Shown in pieces: positions 13,021 through 25,400 of a stretch of DNA of 37,747 bases. The stretch comes from Eledone cirrhosa (taxonomy: Eukaryota), in the NCBI GenBank assembly GCA_964016885.1, contig CAXHJY010001726.1:1-37747 (forward strand). The letters run 5' to 3'. Position 1 is the stretch's first letter; every line of letters starts with the position of its first letter. A model generated the notes under the pieces. That model searched no databases. It was given only the letters and a program-made list of their open reading frames with translations, and was not told the DNA's origin. A program made the translations under genes and the position numbers.

Positions 13021-15640
13021 AGTAGTAGTATTAGTAGTAGTAGTAATATTGGTGGTTGTGGTAGTAGTAGTGATAGTAGTAATATTAGTGGTAGTATTAG
13101 TAGTAGTAGAATCGGTGGTGGTGGTGGTGGTAGTGGTGATGTTATTATTGGTATTGATGGCGGTGTTGAGGTGTACTTGGCAGTGGTGGTGGTTGAGGTA
13201 GTGGTGGTGGTGGTGGTGGTGGTGGTAGTGGTGGTGTTTGTGGTGCTGGAAATGGTGGTAGTGCTGTTGGTGGTGGTGCTGCTGGAAATGTTGGTAGTGG
13301 TGGTGTTGGTTGTGGTAGTGGTGGTGCTGGAAATGGTGGTAGTGGTGGTGTTTGGTGGTTGAGGTAGTGGTGGTGGTGGTGGTGCTGCTAGAAATGTTGG
13401 TAGTGGTGGTAGTGGTTGTGGTAGTGGTGGTGCTGGAAATGGTTGTGGTGGTGGTGGTGGTAGTTGAGGTAGTGGTGCTGGTGATTGGGGTTGTGGTGGT
13501 GGTAGTGGTAGTGCTGGAAATGGTTGAGGTAGTGGTGGTAGTGGTAATGGTGGAAATGGTTGATGTAGTGGTGGTGGTGATTGAAGTAGTGGTGGTAGTG
13601 GTAGTGCTGGAAATAGTTGAGGTAGTGGTGGTGGTGATTGAAGTAGTGGTGGTAGTGGTAGTGTTGGAAATGGTTTAGGTAGTGGTGGTGGTGATTGAAG
13701 TAGTGGTGGTAGTGGTGGTTGTGGTAGTGCTGGAAATGGTTGAGGTAGTCGTGGTGGTGATTGAAGTAGTGGTGGTGGTGATGGTTGTGGTAATGGTGGA
13801 AACGGTTGATGTAGTGGTGGTAGTGGTGGTTGTGGTAGTGGTAGTGGTGGAAACGGTTGATGTAGTGGTGGTAGTGGTGGTTGTGGTAGTGGTAGTGCTG
13901 GAAATGGTTGAAGTAGTGGTGGTAGTGGTAGTGCTAGAAATGATTGATGTAGTGGTGGTAGTGGTGGTTGTGGTAGTGGTAGTGCTGGAAATGGTTGAGG
14001 TAGTGGTGGTGGTGGAAATGGTTGATGTAGTGGTGGTGGTGGAAATGGTTGTAGTGGTGGTTGTGGTAGTAGTAGTGCTGGAAAAGGTTGATGTAGTGGT
14101 GGTAGTGGTGGTTGTGGTAGTGGTGGAAATGGTTGAGGTAGTAGTAGTAGTGGTGGAAATGGTTGAGGTGGTAGTGGTGGAAATGGTTGATGTAGTTGTG
14201 GTAGTGGTGGTTGTGGTAGTAGTAGTGGTGGAAATGGTTGAGGTAGTGGTGGTAGTGGTGGTTGTGGTAGTGGTAGTGGTGGAAATGGTTGATGTAGTGG
14301 TGGTAGTGGTGGTTGTGGCAGTGGTAGTGCTGGAAATGGTTGAGGTAGTGGTGGTAGTGGTGGTTGTGGTAGTAGTAGTGGTGGAAATGGTTGATGTAGT
14401 GGTGGAAATGGTTGATGTAGTGGTGGTAGTGGTTGTTGTGTTAGTGGTAGTGCTGGAAATGGTTGAGGTAGTGGTGGTAGTGGTGGTTGTGGTAGTAGTA
14501 GTGGTGGAAATGGTTGATGTAGTGGTGGTAGTGGTGGAAATGGTAGTGGTTGTTGTGTTAGTGGTGGAAATGGTTGATGTAGTTGTGGTGGTTGTGGTAG
14601 TAGTAGTGGTGGAAATGGTTGATGTAGTGGTGGTAGTGGTGGAAATGGTTGATGTAGTGGTGGTTGTGGTAGTAGTAGTGGTGGAAATGGTTGATGTAGT
14701 GGTGGTAGTGGTTGTTGTGTTAGTGGTAGTGCTGGAAATGGTTGAGGTAGTGGTGGTAGTGGTGGTTGTGGTAGTGGGAGTGGTGGTTGTGGTAGTAGTA
14801 GTGGTGGAAATGGTTGATGTAGTGGTGGTAGTGGTGGTTGTGGTAGTGGTAGTGGTGGAAATGGTTGATGTAGTGGTGGTAGTGGTGGAAATGGTAGTGG
14901 TTGTTGTGTTAGTGCTGGAAATGGTTGATGTAGTGGTGGTAGTGGTGGTTGTGGTAGTGGTAGTGGTGGTTGTGGTAGTAGTAGTGCTGGAAATGGTTGA
15001 TGTAGTGGTGGTAGTGGTGGAAATGGTAGTGGTTGTTGTGTTAGTGCTGGAAATGGTTGATGTAGTGGTGGTAGTGGTGGTTGTGGTAGTGGTAGTGGTG
15101 GTTGTGGTAGTAGTAGTGGTGGAAATGGTTGATGTAGTGGTGGTAGTGGTGGAAATGGTAGTGGTTGTTGTGTTAGTGCTGGAAATGGTTGATGTAGTGG
15201 TGGTAGTGGTGGTGGTTGTGGTAGTGGTAGTGGTGGTTGTGGTAGTAGTAGTGCTGGAAATGGTTGATGTAGTGGTGGTAGTGGTGGTTGTGGTAGTGGT
15301 AGTGGTGGAAATGGTTGATGTAGTGGTGGTAGTGGTGGTTGTGGTAGTGGTAGTGGTGGAAATGGTTGATGTAGTGGTGGTAGTGGTGGTTGTGGTAGTG
15401 GTAGTGGTGGAAATGGTTGAGGTAGTGGTGGTAGTGGTGGTTGTGGTAGTGGTAGTGGTGGAAATGGTTGAGGTAGTGGTGGTAGTGGTGGTTGTGGTAG
15501 TGGTAGTGGTGGAAATGGTTGATGTAGTGGTGGTTGTGGTAGTGGTAGTGGTGGAAATGGTTGAGGTAGTGGTGGTAGTGGTGGTTGTGGTAGTGGTAGT
15601 GGTGGAAATGGTTGATGTAGTGGTGGTAGTGCCAGTGGTG
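13020..15640. repeat. Triplet-based minisatellite with anchor GTGGAAATGGTTGA(T/G)GTA and about 48 bp modal unit; reads as Thr-rich (-) or Val-rich (+) ORFs
   Basis: Dozens of GGAAATGGTTGA anchors separated by variable numbers of GTG/GTA/GTT triplets. The most regular units are at 15250-15620. Confidence 0.93.
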
Positions 15641-15754
15641 GGTACCTCCATTATTATTCAATGTTTTAGCTATACAGTAATGTATCTTAAAGATTTGAGT
15701 TCAAGTACCACCTGCCTTGAGACAGCCTTTCCTCTATCCTAGCTCAATATAGTC

Positions 15755-16170
15755 ATATATTGGGTCTATTTGTGTGGGTATATATATATGTGTGTATATG
15801 TCTGTATGTGTGTGTCTATGCATATATATATGTGTGTGTATGTGTGTGTATATATATTGGGTGTATTTGTGTGGGTATATATATATATATATGTCTGTGT
15901 GTGTTTGTCTATTCATATATATATATATATGTGTGTGTGTATATATATTGTGTGTATTTGTGTGGATATATATATATATATATATGTCTGTGTGTGTGTG
16001 TCTATTTATATATATATATATGTGTGTGTATGTGTGTGTGTGTATATATTTTGGTGGTATTTGTGTGGGTATATATATATATATATGTCTGTGTGTGTGT
16101 GTCTATTTATATATATATATATATGTGTGTATGTGTGTGTGTGTATATATTTTGGTGGTATTTGTGTGGG

Positions 16171-16201
<31 letters not shown>

Positions 16202-16432
16202 CTATTTATATATATATATATATGTGTGTATGTGTGTGTGTATATATATTGGCTGTATTTGTGTGGGTATATATATATATATATATGTCTGTATGTGTTT
16301 GTCTATGCATATATATATATGTGTGTGTATATATATATTGTTGTGTTATTGTGTGGATATATATATATATATATATATATATGTCTGTATGTGTTTGTCT
16401 ATGCATATATATATATGTGTGTGTGTCTATGC

Positions 16433-16464
<32 letters not shown>

Positions 16465-16467
16465 CTA

Positions 16468-16514
<47 letters not shown>

Positions 16515-16560
16515 ATATATATTGTGTGTGTGTGTGTATATATATTGTGTGTATTTGTGT

Positions 16561-16595
<35 letters not shown>

Positions 16596-17258
16596 TGTGT
16601 GTGTGTGTCTATGCATATATATATATGTGTGTGTGTGTGTGTCTATGCATATATATATATATGTGTGTGTATGTGTGTATATATATTGTGTGTATTTGTG
16701 TGGATATATATATATATGTCTGTGTGTATGTGTCTATGCATATATATATATATGTCTGTGTGTGTGTGTGTGTATATATATTATGTGTATTTGTGTGGAT
16801 ATATATATATATGTCTGTGTGTGTGTGTCTATGCATATATATATATGTGTGTGTGTGTGTGTGTCTATGCATATATATATATGTGTGTGTATATATATTG
16901 TGTGTATTTGTGTGGATATATATATATGTGTGTGTGTGTATATATATTGTATATATATTGTGTGTATTTGTGTGGATATATATATATATATGTCTGTGTG
17001 TGTGTGTCTATTCATATATATATATATATGTGTGTGTGTGTCTATGCATATATATGTGTGTGTGTGTGTGTGTCTATGCATATATATATATATGTGTGTG
17101 TGTATATATATTGTGTGTATTTGTGTGGATATATATATATGTGTGTGTGTGTATATATATTGTATATATATTGTGTATTTGTGTGGATATATATATATAT
17201 ATGTCTGTGTGTGTGTGTCTATTCATATATATATATATATATGTGTGTGTGTCTATGC

Positions 17259-17294
<36 letters not shown>

Positions 17295-17634
17295 ATATAT
17301 TGTGTGTATTTGTGTGGATATATATATATATGTCTGTATGTGTGTGTCTATGCATATATATATGTGTGTATGTGTGTGTGTGTATATATATTGTTGTGTG
17401 TTTGTGTGGATATATATATATATATGTCTGTGTGTGTGTGTCTATTCATATATATATATATATATGTGCGTGTGTGTGTGTGTGTGTGTGTATATATATT
17501 GGGTGTATTTGTGTGGATATATATATATCTATGTGTGTGTCTATTCATATATATATATATGTGTGTGTGTGTGTCTATGCATATATGTATATATGTGTGT
17601 GTGTATATATATATATAATGTTGTGTGTTTGTAC

Positions 17635-17672
<38 letters not shown>

Positions 17673-17709
17673 CTGTGTGTATATATATATATATTGGGTG
17701 TATTTGTGT

Positions 17710-17762
<53 letters not shown>

Positions 17763-18140
17763 TGTGTGTATGTGTCTATGCATATATATATATGTGTGTG
17801 TGTGTATATATATATATATTGTTGTGTGTTTGTACGTATATATATATATTTATTGCTGTGTGTATATATATATATATATATATTGGTGTGTGTGTAGGTA
17901 TGTATATATATATATGTGTATGTATGTATGTATATATGTGTATGTATGTATGTGTGTGTATGTATAGATATATATATATATATATATGTATGTGTGTATG
18001 TATGTATATATGTGTGTGTATATATATGTGTATGTATGTATATATGTATATATGTGTGTGTATATATATGTGTATGTATGTATATATATATATATGTGTG
18101 TATGTATATATATATGTGTGTGTGTGTGTATATAGATATA
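15755..18140. repeat. Compound minisatellite of (TA)n/(TG)n blocks with anchors GTATTTGTGTGG, GTCTATGCATAT and GTCTATTCATAT
   Basis: The anchors recur many times in a conserved order. Confidence 0.92.
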
Positions 18141-18203
18141 TATGTGTGTGTATTAGAGCAAGGGAATGTACACACGCTGCGTCAAGCATAATATACTGGA
18201 AGG

Positions 18204-18257
<54 letters not shown>

Positions 18258-18367
18258 AATAAATATATACACATATACACATGCACAATATTTTTCCATT
18301 TCTACCCCGAGAGAATACACCATCGGCAATGTTCTAGTATTGATCATAATTCGCATGTATATATTTA

Positions 18368-18406
<39 letters not shown>

Positions 18407-18412
18407 TTACAT

Positions 18413-18478
<66 letters not shown>

Positions 18479-18558
18479 CAGAACGGACTACAGCTATATA
18501 GGGGGAATCCCACCACATGTAATGAAGAAAAAAAAATGTATATATATGTCAATATATA

Positions 18559-18603
<45 letters not shown>

Positions 18604-18719
18604 CATTATCAAAATAAATCGCATGGAAGGATGCGAAACTAACGACAAACACGAGTAACAACAACAACAACAACAACGTAGTGCATATTCAGAGGCTAAT
18701 AACGAAAAACAATATGAAT

Positions 18720-18990
18720 AGCAACAACAGCGTCTACATCAATTGCAACAACAACAACAACTAAAACAATAGCAACAACAGCTACAACAATAACAGTAGC
18801 AACATCTACAAAAATGAGTGTAACAGTAGCAACAACAATAACTAAAACAATAGCAACAACAGCTACAACAATAACAATAGCAACATCTACAAAAATGAGT
18901 GTAACAACAAAAACAACAACAACTAAAACAATAGCAACAACATCGGCAAAAATGACAATAACAACGTCGGTAGATATGAGTATAACAACA
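18720..18990. repeat. (AAC)n-derived 81 bp tandem repeat, about 2.5-3 copies
   Basis: ACTAAAACAATAGCAACAACA starts at 18760, 18841 and 18922. Confidence 0.85.
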
Positions 18991-19359
18991 GCAATAGCAA
19001 ACAACTTCTACAACAATAACAATAACTACAAAAATGCGTATAACAACACACAGACAGACAGACAGACAGACAGACAGAGAGTGGAACTACAGCAAACCTC
19101 AGAAGAAAAAAAAATCAAGAGAGAAACCCAGGAAAATCAACAGACGAAACTGAAAAAAAAAAAAAAAAAAAGCGAAGCGAAATTTGCCGGTAGCCATGTT
19201 GTTTCGCATTAAGCAGACTGCTTTCATCATCATCACCGTCATCGCCGTTGTCATCATCATCATCTCTAATATTAATTAATATAGATTTAATCATCGTTAC
19301 TGACATTATTATTATCATTATTAATAGTAGTTGTAGTAGTAGTGGTAGTAGTAGTAGTT

Positions 19360-19391
<32 letters not shown>

Positions 19392-19453
19392 TATGATGTT
19401 GTTACTGTTGTCATCTTAACTCTAATATGACATCGAATACATATAAACATGCC

Positions 19454-19454
<1 letters not shown>

Positions 19455-19486
<32 letters not shown>

Positions 19487-19564
19487 GTGTGTGTATATAT
19501 ATATACACATATATATATATATATATATATATATGTATACGTATATATATATATATATGTATAC

Positions 19565-19595
<31 letters not shown>

Positions 19596-19596
19596 C

Positions 19597-19633
<37 letters not shown>

Positions 19634-19988
19634 TGTATACATATATATATATATATATACATATATATATGTATTCATATATACATATATATATGTATTC
19701 ATATATATATATATATATGTATACATATATATATATACATATATATATGTATTCATATATATATGTATATATATATATATATATACATATATATATGTAT
19801 TCATATATATACATACATATATATATATATATACGTATATATATATACATATATATATATGTATATATACATACGCATATATATATACATATATATACGT
19901 ATATATATGTATATATATAAATACATACATGTATATATACGTTTATATATATATATGTATATATATATATACATACATGTATATATAC

Positions 19989-20038
<50 letters not shown>

Positions 20039-20066
20039 ATATACATATTTATATATACGTATATAT
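19455..20066. repeat. (TA)n-rich microsatellite field
   Basis: Seen directly. Confidence 0.95.
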
Positions 20067-20308
20067 AAAAGGAAAGATGTGTTGTGATTAAATCGGTAAG
20101 ATGTATGTTTTGATGTAGGTTATCTGTGTATATATATATGTATGTATATTTATCTTTGTATATATATATGACATTCACTATTTTCCAATGATTAAATGTT
20201 CGGATTTATTCTTTAAATTCTCTCTCTCAGGTCATTTTGGGAGACAAACATATGTTCGAGATTGTCTTAGACATAACATCTATAACTTTGAATGTAATAT
20301 ATATATAC

Positions 20309-20368
<60 letters not shown>

Positions 20369-20369
<1 letters not shown>

Positions 20370-20508
20370 ATAATTGTTTCTACGTTTTGGCACAAGGCCA
20401 GAAATTACCCAGGGCATTACTGGTACTTTATTTTATCGACCCCGTAAGGATGAAAGGCAAAGTTAACCTCGGCGGGATTTGAACTCAGAATGGCAAGGGC
20501 TGTAACTC
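20369..20508 (-). mobile_element. Meta-domain-like SINE copy, 5' truncated
   Basis: CTGGTACTTTATTTTATCGACCCCGTAAGGATGAAAGGCAAAGTTAACCTCGGCGGGATTTGAACTCAG is the reverse complement of the family seen at 3345-3415. Confidence 0.9.
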
Positions 20509-20641
20509 TCTCTATATATATAGTAATAATAATAAACGTGAAGACTAGACTAAATCCAAAGAGGGCTCGATAAGGATAAATATATATCAAACATATAAGA
20601 ACCCTAGAGCAAATATTTATTAAAATAACAGATTAAAATTT

Positions 20642-20680
20642 AAGCAAAGAATCGCTGCTTTCACCCTTAACGGGTTCTTC
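20642..20680 (-). ncRNA. 5'-truncated hammerhead-like motif (third family)
   Basis: Minus strand: (CU missing)GAAGA-ACCC-guuaa-GGGU-GAA-AGCAG-cgauucu-UUGCU-U. A SINE fragment beginning at about 20680 occupies the place of the first two core bases and the 5' strand of stem I. Confidence 0.5.
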
Positions 20681-20740
20681 TTTGCTTTTCATCCTTTTGA
20701 AGTCGAAAAAAAAGTACCAGTCAAGTACTGAGGTCGATTC
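20680..20740 (+). mobile_element. Degenerate Meta-domain-like SINE fragment
   Basis: CTTTGCTTTTCATCCTTTTGAAGTCGAAAAAAAAGTACCAGTCAAGTACTGAGGTCGATT resembles the central block of the family. Confidence 0.7.
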
Positions 20741-20997
20741 TTCTTCTATATCTCTTTCTCACTTCCTCCATCTCCTTCTCTGGAAGAAATCTGTTGTTTT
20801 CAGGCCTGGAGAGTTTTTGAAATTCCCTAAGAAACTCCATATGTCAATATAGTAGACCCTGAGAAAGATGGTCGTGCTTGGGGAGCCAGCCGGATCAACT
20901 GAAGACAGTTGCATATGACAGGACTCTCTGGAAGGAGTATTTGAGAACTCTTCCCATATGGCCCTCTCAGGAATAAGTAGGCGAAGAAGATTACCTT

Positions 20998-21890
20998 TGT
21001 ATAAATTCCACTCCGTTGTTTCGTTCCATTTGGGTTTTATATACACCTTTTGCTTTATAAATTTACTTCTAATATACATTCCCTTCTACCTGTTTCGTTC
21101 CACTTAGGTTTTTATATCCACCTTTTACCCTATAACTTTACTTCTAGTATAAATGTCCCTTCTACCCGTTTCGTTCCACTTGGGTTTTATATATCTTTTC
21201 ACTTTATTAAATGTATTGAGTCGTCAAGTAGGAAATTTGTTGAAATTTATTTTATTTTCTAGAAATTTCTCCAAATTTCATACTTGACGACCTAATATTC
21301 CCCTTCCTTTCGTTTCATTACACATGGGTTTTATATACACCTTTTGCCTTATAAATTTACTTCTCGTATAAATTTCCCTTGCCCCTGTTTCGTTCCACTT
21401 GGGTTTTATATATCCATTTTTGTTTCTTAAAGTCATTTCCCGCCGCCGTTTCGTTCCACTTAGATTTCATATACAGCTTTCTGCCTTATAAATTTTTTTC
21501 TAGTATAAATTTCCCTTGCCCCTGTTTCGTTCCACTTGGGTTTTATATATCCTTTTTTCTTTCTTAAAGTCATTTCCCTCCGCCATTTCGTTCCACTTAG
21601 ATTTCATATACAGCTTTCTGCCTTATAAATTTTTTTCTAGTATAAATTTCCCTTGCCCCTGTTTCGTTCCACTTGGGTTTTATATATCCTTTTTTCTTTC
21701 TTAAAGTCATTTCCCTCCGCCATTTCGTTCCACTTAGGTTTCATATACAGCTTTCTGCCTTATAAATTTTTTTCTAGTATAAATTTCCCTTGGCCCTGTT
21801 TCGTTCCACTTGGGTTTTATATAACCTTTTCTCTTTCTTAAATGTATTTCCCTTCCCTCCGTTTCGTTCCACTTCGGTTTTATATATAAC
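20998..21890. repeat. Pyrimidine-rich satellite with a 137 bp dimeric unit (about 61 + 76 bp subunits, shared core TTTCGTTCCACTT)
   Basis: Near-identical ORFs start at 21379, 21516 and 21653 (period 137). The core motif occurs twice per period. More diverged monomers lie at 21000-21330. Confidence 0.93.
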
Positions 21891-22059
21891 ATTTCTGATA
21901 ATACCCCCCCCCCCCCCCACACACACACACACTTTCTTCTCCAAGATAGACTAATTATGGAAATCCGGCAAATGAAAGAAACGTCTTAAGGAAACACACA
22001 GAACTCCGTTGCTACCAACTGGTTCCTTTGTTTTTGAAACTCCCCAAGAGATTTATTTG

Positions 22060-23355
22060 CCACAGTTGTTGTTGTTGTTGTTGTTGAGGTGGTGGTGGCG
22101 GTGTTGGTGTTGGTAGTGGTGGCGGTGGTGGTAGTGGATGGGATTTTGAAGCTCTCCAACAGTTTTAGTTGCCTCGGTTGTTGTTGTTGTTGTTGTTATT
22201 GTGTGGCGGCGGCGGTGTTGGTGTTGGTGGTGGAGTTTTTGAACGTCCCCAACAGTTTTATTTGCCAGAGTTGTTGTTTTCTGTTGTGAGATGGTGGCGG
22301 CGGTGGTGGTGGTGGTGGTACTGGTGTTGGTGGTGGTGGTGGTGGTAGTGGTGGTACTGGTGTTGGTGGTGGTGGTGGTGGTGGTACTGGTGTTGTTGGT
22401 GGTTGTGCTCTTATATCCTTCAGCCATTTTGCTAGTTTGTATTTATATATATATATAATGTGTGTGTATATATATATATATGTGAGTGTGTATATATATA
22501 TCTATGTATGTATATATGTATGTATATATATGTGTATATATATATATGTGTATATCCATGTGTATGTATGTATATATATATATATATATATATCTATGTG
22601 TATGTATATGTATGTGTATGTATATGTATGTATATATATATGTATATGTATGTTTATATATATATCTATGTATATATGTATATGTATGTTTATATATATC
22701 TATGTATATATGTATATGTATGTTTATATATATCTATGTATATATATGTATGTATGTGTATATATATATACATATATATATGTATGTGTATATATATATA
22801 CATATGTATATGTATGTATATGTATGTATATATATATATATCTATGTGTATGTATGTATGTATGTATATATATGTATGTATGTATGTATGTATATATATA
22901 TATGTATGTATATATATGTGTATGTATATATATATATATATGTATGTATATATATATGTATATGTATGCATGTATACATGTGTGTATATATATATGTATG
23001 TATATATATATGTATATATATATGTGTATATATACATGTGTATATATATACGTGTGTGTACAGTAATTCAATGCATATTGGTATTCTTGTAAACATATTT
23101 TCCAAAATAATATATACACACACATATATATATATATACACATATATATATATGTGTGTATATATACATGAATATATATACAAGTACACACACACATCAC
23201 AAATACACACAAACGCACACACATACACACACACACACGTCCACACAGATACACACACGTACACAGATACACACAATCACACACACATATATACACACAT
23301 ACACACACACACGCGCGCGCGCGCAGATAATACACACACACATATATACACACAC

Positions 23356-23405
<50 letters not shown>

Positions 23406-23900
23406 CTAAAGGCAACCCCTTTATTACACACCTGGAAACTTCCGTGTATATTTATCTGTTTAATTAAAGATTTTCCCATCTGTTTTGTTGCCAAGGGTGA
23501 TGATGCTGAGGTTGATGGTGATGTTGTTGTTGGTGGTGGTGGTGGTGAAGGTTATGGTGGTGTTGGTGGTGGTGGTGGTGATGATTGTTGATGGTGAAGG
23601 TTATGGCGGTGGTGGTGGTGATGATTGTTGATGATTATTATTATTGTTGATGGTGGTGGTTATGGCGGTGGTGGTGGTGATGGTGAAGGTTATGGCGGTG
23701 GTAGTGGTGTTGATGGTTGTGATGGTTGTGGTAGTGGTGGTTAGGATGGTGGTGGTGGTGGGGATGATGGTTATGGCGGTAGTGGTTGTGGTGGTGTTGA
23801 TGGTGGTGATGGTTGTGGTAGTGATGGTAGTGGTGGTGGTGGTGATGGTAGTGGTGATGAGGGTGGTGGTGATGCTAATATTGATGCTGCTACTGCTGTC
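22060..23900. repeat. Triplet (GGT/GTT) tracts flanking a (TA/TATG/CA)n field
   Basis: Seen directly: triplets at 22064-22405 and 23495-23880, di- and tetranucleotide repeats at 22445-23403. Confidence 0.9.
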
Positions 23901-23904
23901 GAGG

Positions 23905-24630
23905 TCAATGACATAAAGTACCAGTAATACTCTGGGTAATTACTGGCCTTGTGCTAAAAGTAGAAACAATTATTGTCGATGAACTTAAGGACCATGGAGT
24001 CGGTAGAGCGTCGGACAGCATTCTATGTGGTATTTAGTTATGTCATTTTAACGTTATGAGTTCGATTCCGTCTGAGATCAGCTTTGCCTTTCATCCTTAC
24101 AGGGTCGATAAAATGAAGTACCAGTAACGTACTAGGGTAGATTTAATCGACTTTCCCCTCTCCTCTAAATTGCTGGCCTTGTGCCTATATTATAAATCAT
24201 TATTATTGATAAACAAGGGCGTTGGATTGGCAGTAACCGTAGAAGGACGGACGCCATGAGTTGGCCGAGGTTAATTTTGCCTTTCATCTTTACGGAGTCG
24301 ATAAAATAAAGTACCAGTAATACACTGGGGTAATTTGCTGGCCTTGTGCCAAAAGTAGAAACAATTGTTGTTTCCGCCGAGGTTAACTTTGCCTTTCATC
24401 CTTACGGAGTCGATAAAATAAAGTACCAGTAATGCACTGGGGTAATTGCTGGCCTTGTGCCAAAAGTGGAAAAAATTGTTGTTGATGAACTTAAGGAGGG
24501 TGGATTGGCTGAGCCGGTAGAGCGTCGTACAGCATGATTTGTGGTATTTAGTTTAAGGGTATCCAACGTTCTGAGTTCGAATCCCTGCGAAGTCAGCTTT
24601 GCCATTGATCCCTACGGGGCCGATAAATTA
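23905..24630 (+). mobile_element. Cluster of about 5 head-to-tail full and partial copies of the Meta-domain-like SINE
   Basis: The TTTGCC(T/A)TT.ATC.(T/C)TAC.G.G.CGATAAA block occurs at about 24083, 24277, 24388 and 24598. The CTGGCCTTGTGC tail occurs at about 23943, 24173, 24338 and 24449. B boxes GAGTTCGATTCC (24058) and GAGTTCGAATCC (24573). Confidence 0.9.
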
Positions 24631-24661
24631 AGGAACTATCGAGAATTAAATTAAGAACAAT

Positions 24662-24700
24662 AGGGTCGTTGTGGCCTTGAGCAAGAAACTCTATTCAATG
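24662..24700 (+). mobile_element. Short CORE-like SINE remnant
   Basis: CGTTGTGGCCTTGAGCAAGAAACTCTATT resembles the minus-strand GTTGTTTCCTTGAGCAAGACACTTTATT of 941-1077. Confidence 0.5.
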
Positions 24701-24927
24701 TTTCTATCCTTCACAGTAATAGACCCTTCTTTCTAGAATAGCCAAGAAAGCATCCACGGGAGCCAAATACATAAGGGTTCAGCTATATCTGTATAAGGGT
24801 CGGCTGTAGCAATATCTGAAAAGAAACTGAGGGCCCTGTCATTAAATCCTACGAAAACCCTTCTCGGATTTACAACACACACTCACATTCACGTAGACAA
24901 AGAAATAGTTATACATACACATATATA

Positions 24928-24975
<48 letters not shown>

Positions 24976-25360
24976 TATATTCCCTTTTTCGGATTATATT
25001 ACTGTGAGAGCCCTGGTTTTCTGTTGAGCTCTGCTGATGAATGAAATTCCAACCGTGACCATCTCCACTGAAAGTTTTCATGAAATAGTCTTTTAAGACT
25101 ATACAGAGCATTTGATGTTATTCCAAATTGAAGGATAAGTGTTTCAAACTTTATTTTATCATGAGTTAAAGGTCTATAGATTTTTCCCTGGATTTTACTA
25201 AATTCTGTGGAGGAATTTATATCCTGATTCTCTTTTGAGATGAGTTTGAGTTATTTTTTCCTAAATCTTTCGTTAACTACTTTTCCCATCTTGACGTTAT
25301 AGTCGCATATATGTTATAGAATGCCGTTAGCTTCTTGCTAAAACAATCTCTATACCTCTC

Positions 25361-25400
<40 letters not shown>

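Noticed and set aside
20221-20305. Possible internal exon after a polypyrimidine tract and CAG
   Set aside because: The acceptor looks plausible, but the donor is weak and no frame gives a recognisable peptide. It needs RNA evidence.
20899-20955. CTGAAGA...GAAG hammerhead-like arrangement
   Set aside because: A15.1 is missing (GAAG), stem II is weak, and a CAACTG/CAGTTG hairpin would sequester the core.
20759-21079. 106-aa minus-strand ORF with complex sequence
   Set aside because: It starts inside the satellite, has no recognisable motif, and its length is compatible with chance.
941-21890. Shared 137 bp period of the SINE dimer and the 21 kb satellite (and the 48 bp period of two other arrays)
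   Set aside because: There is no sequence similarity between the arrays, so I treated this as coincidence.
25034-25060. CTGATGA-AT-GAAA as a minimal hammerhead
   Set aside because: There is no stem II, and I found no stem III/NUH or stem I partner downstream.
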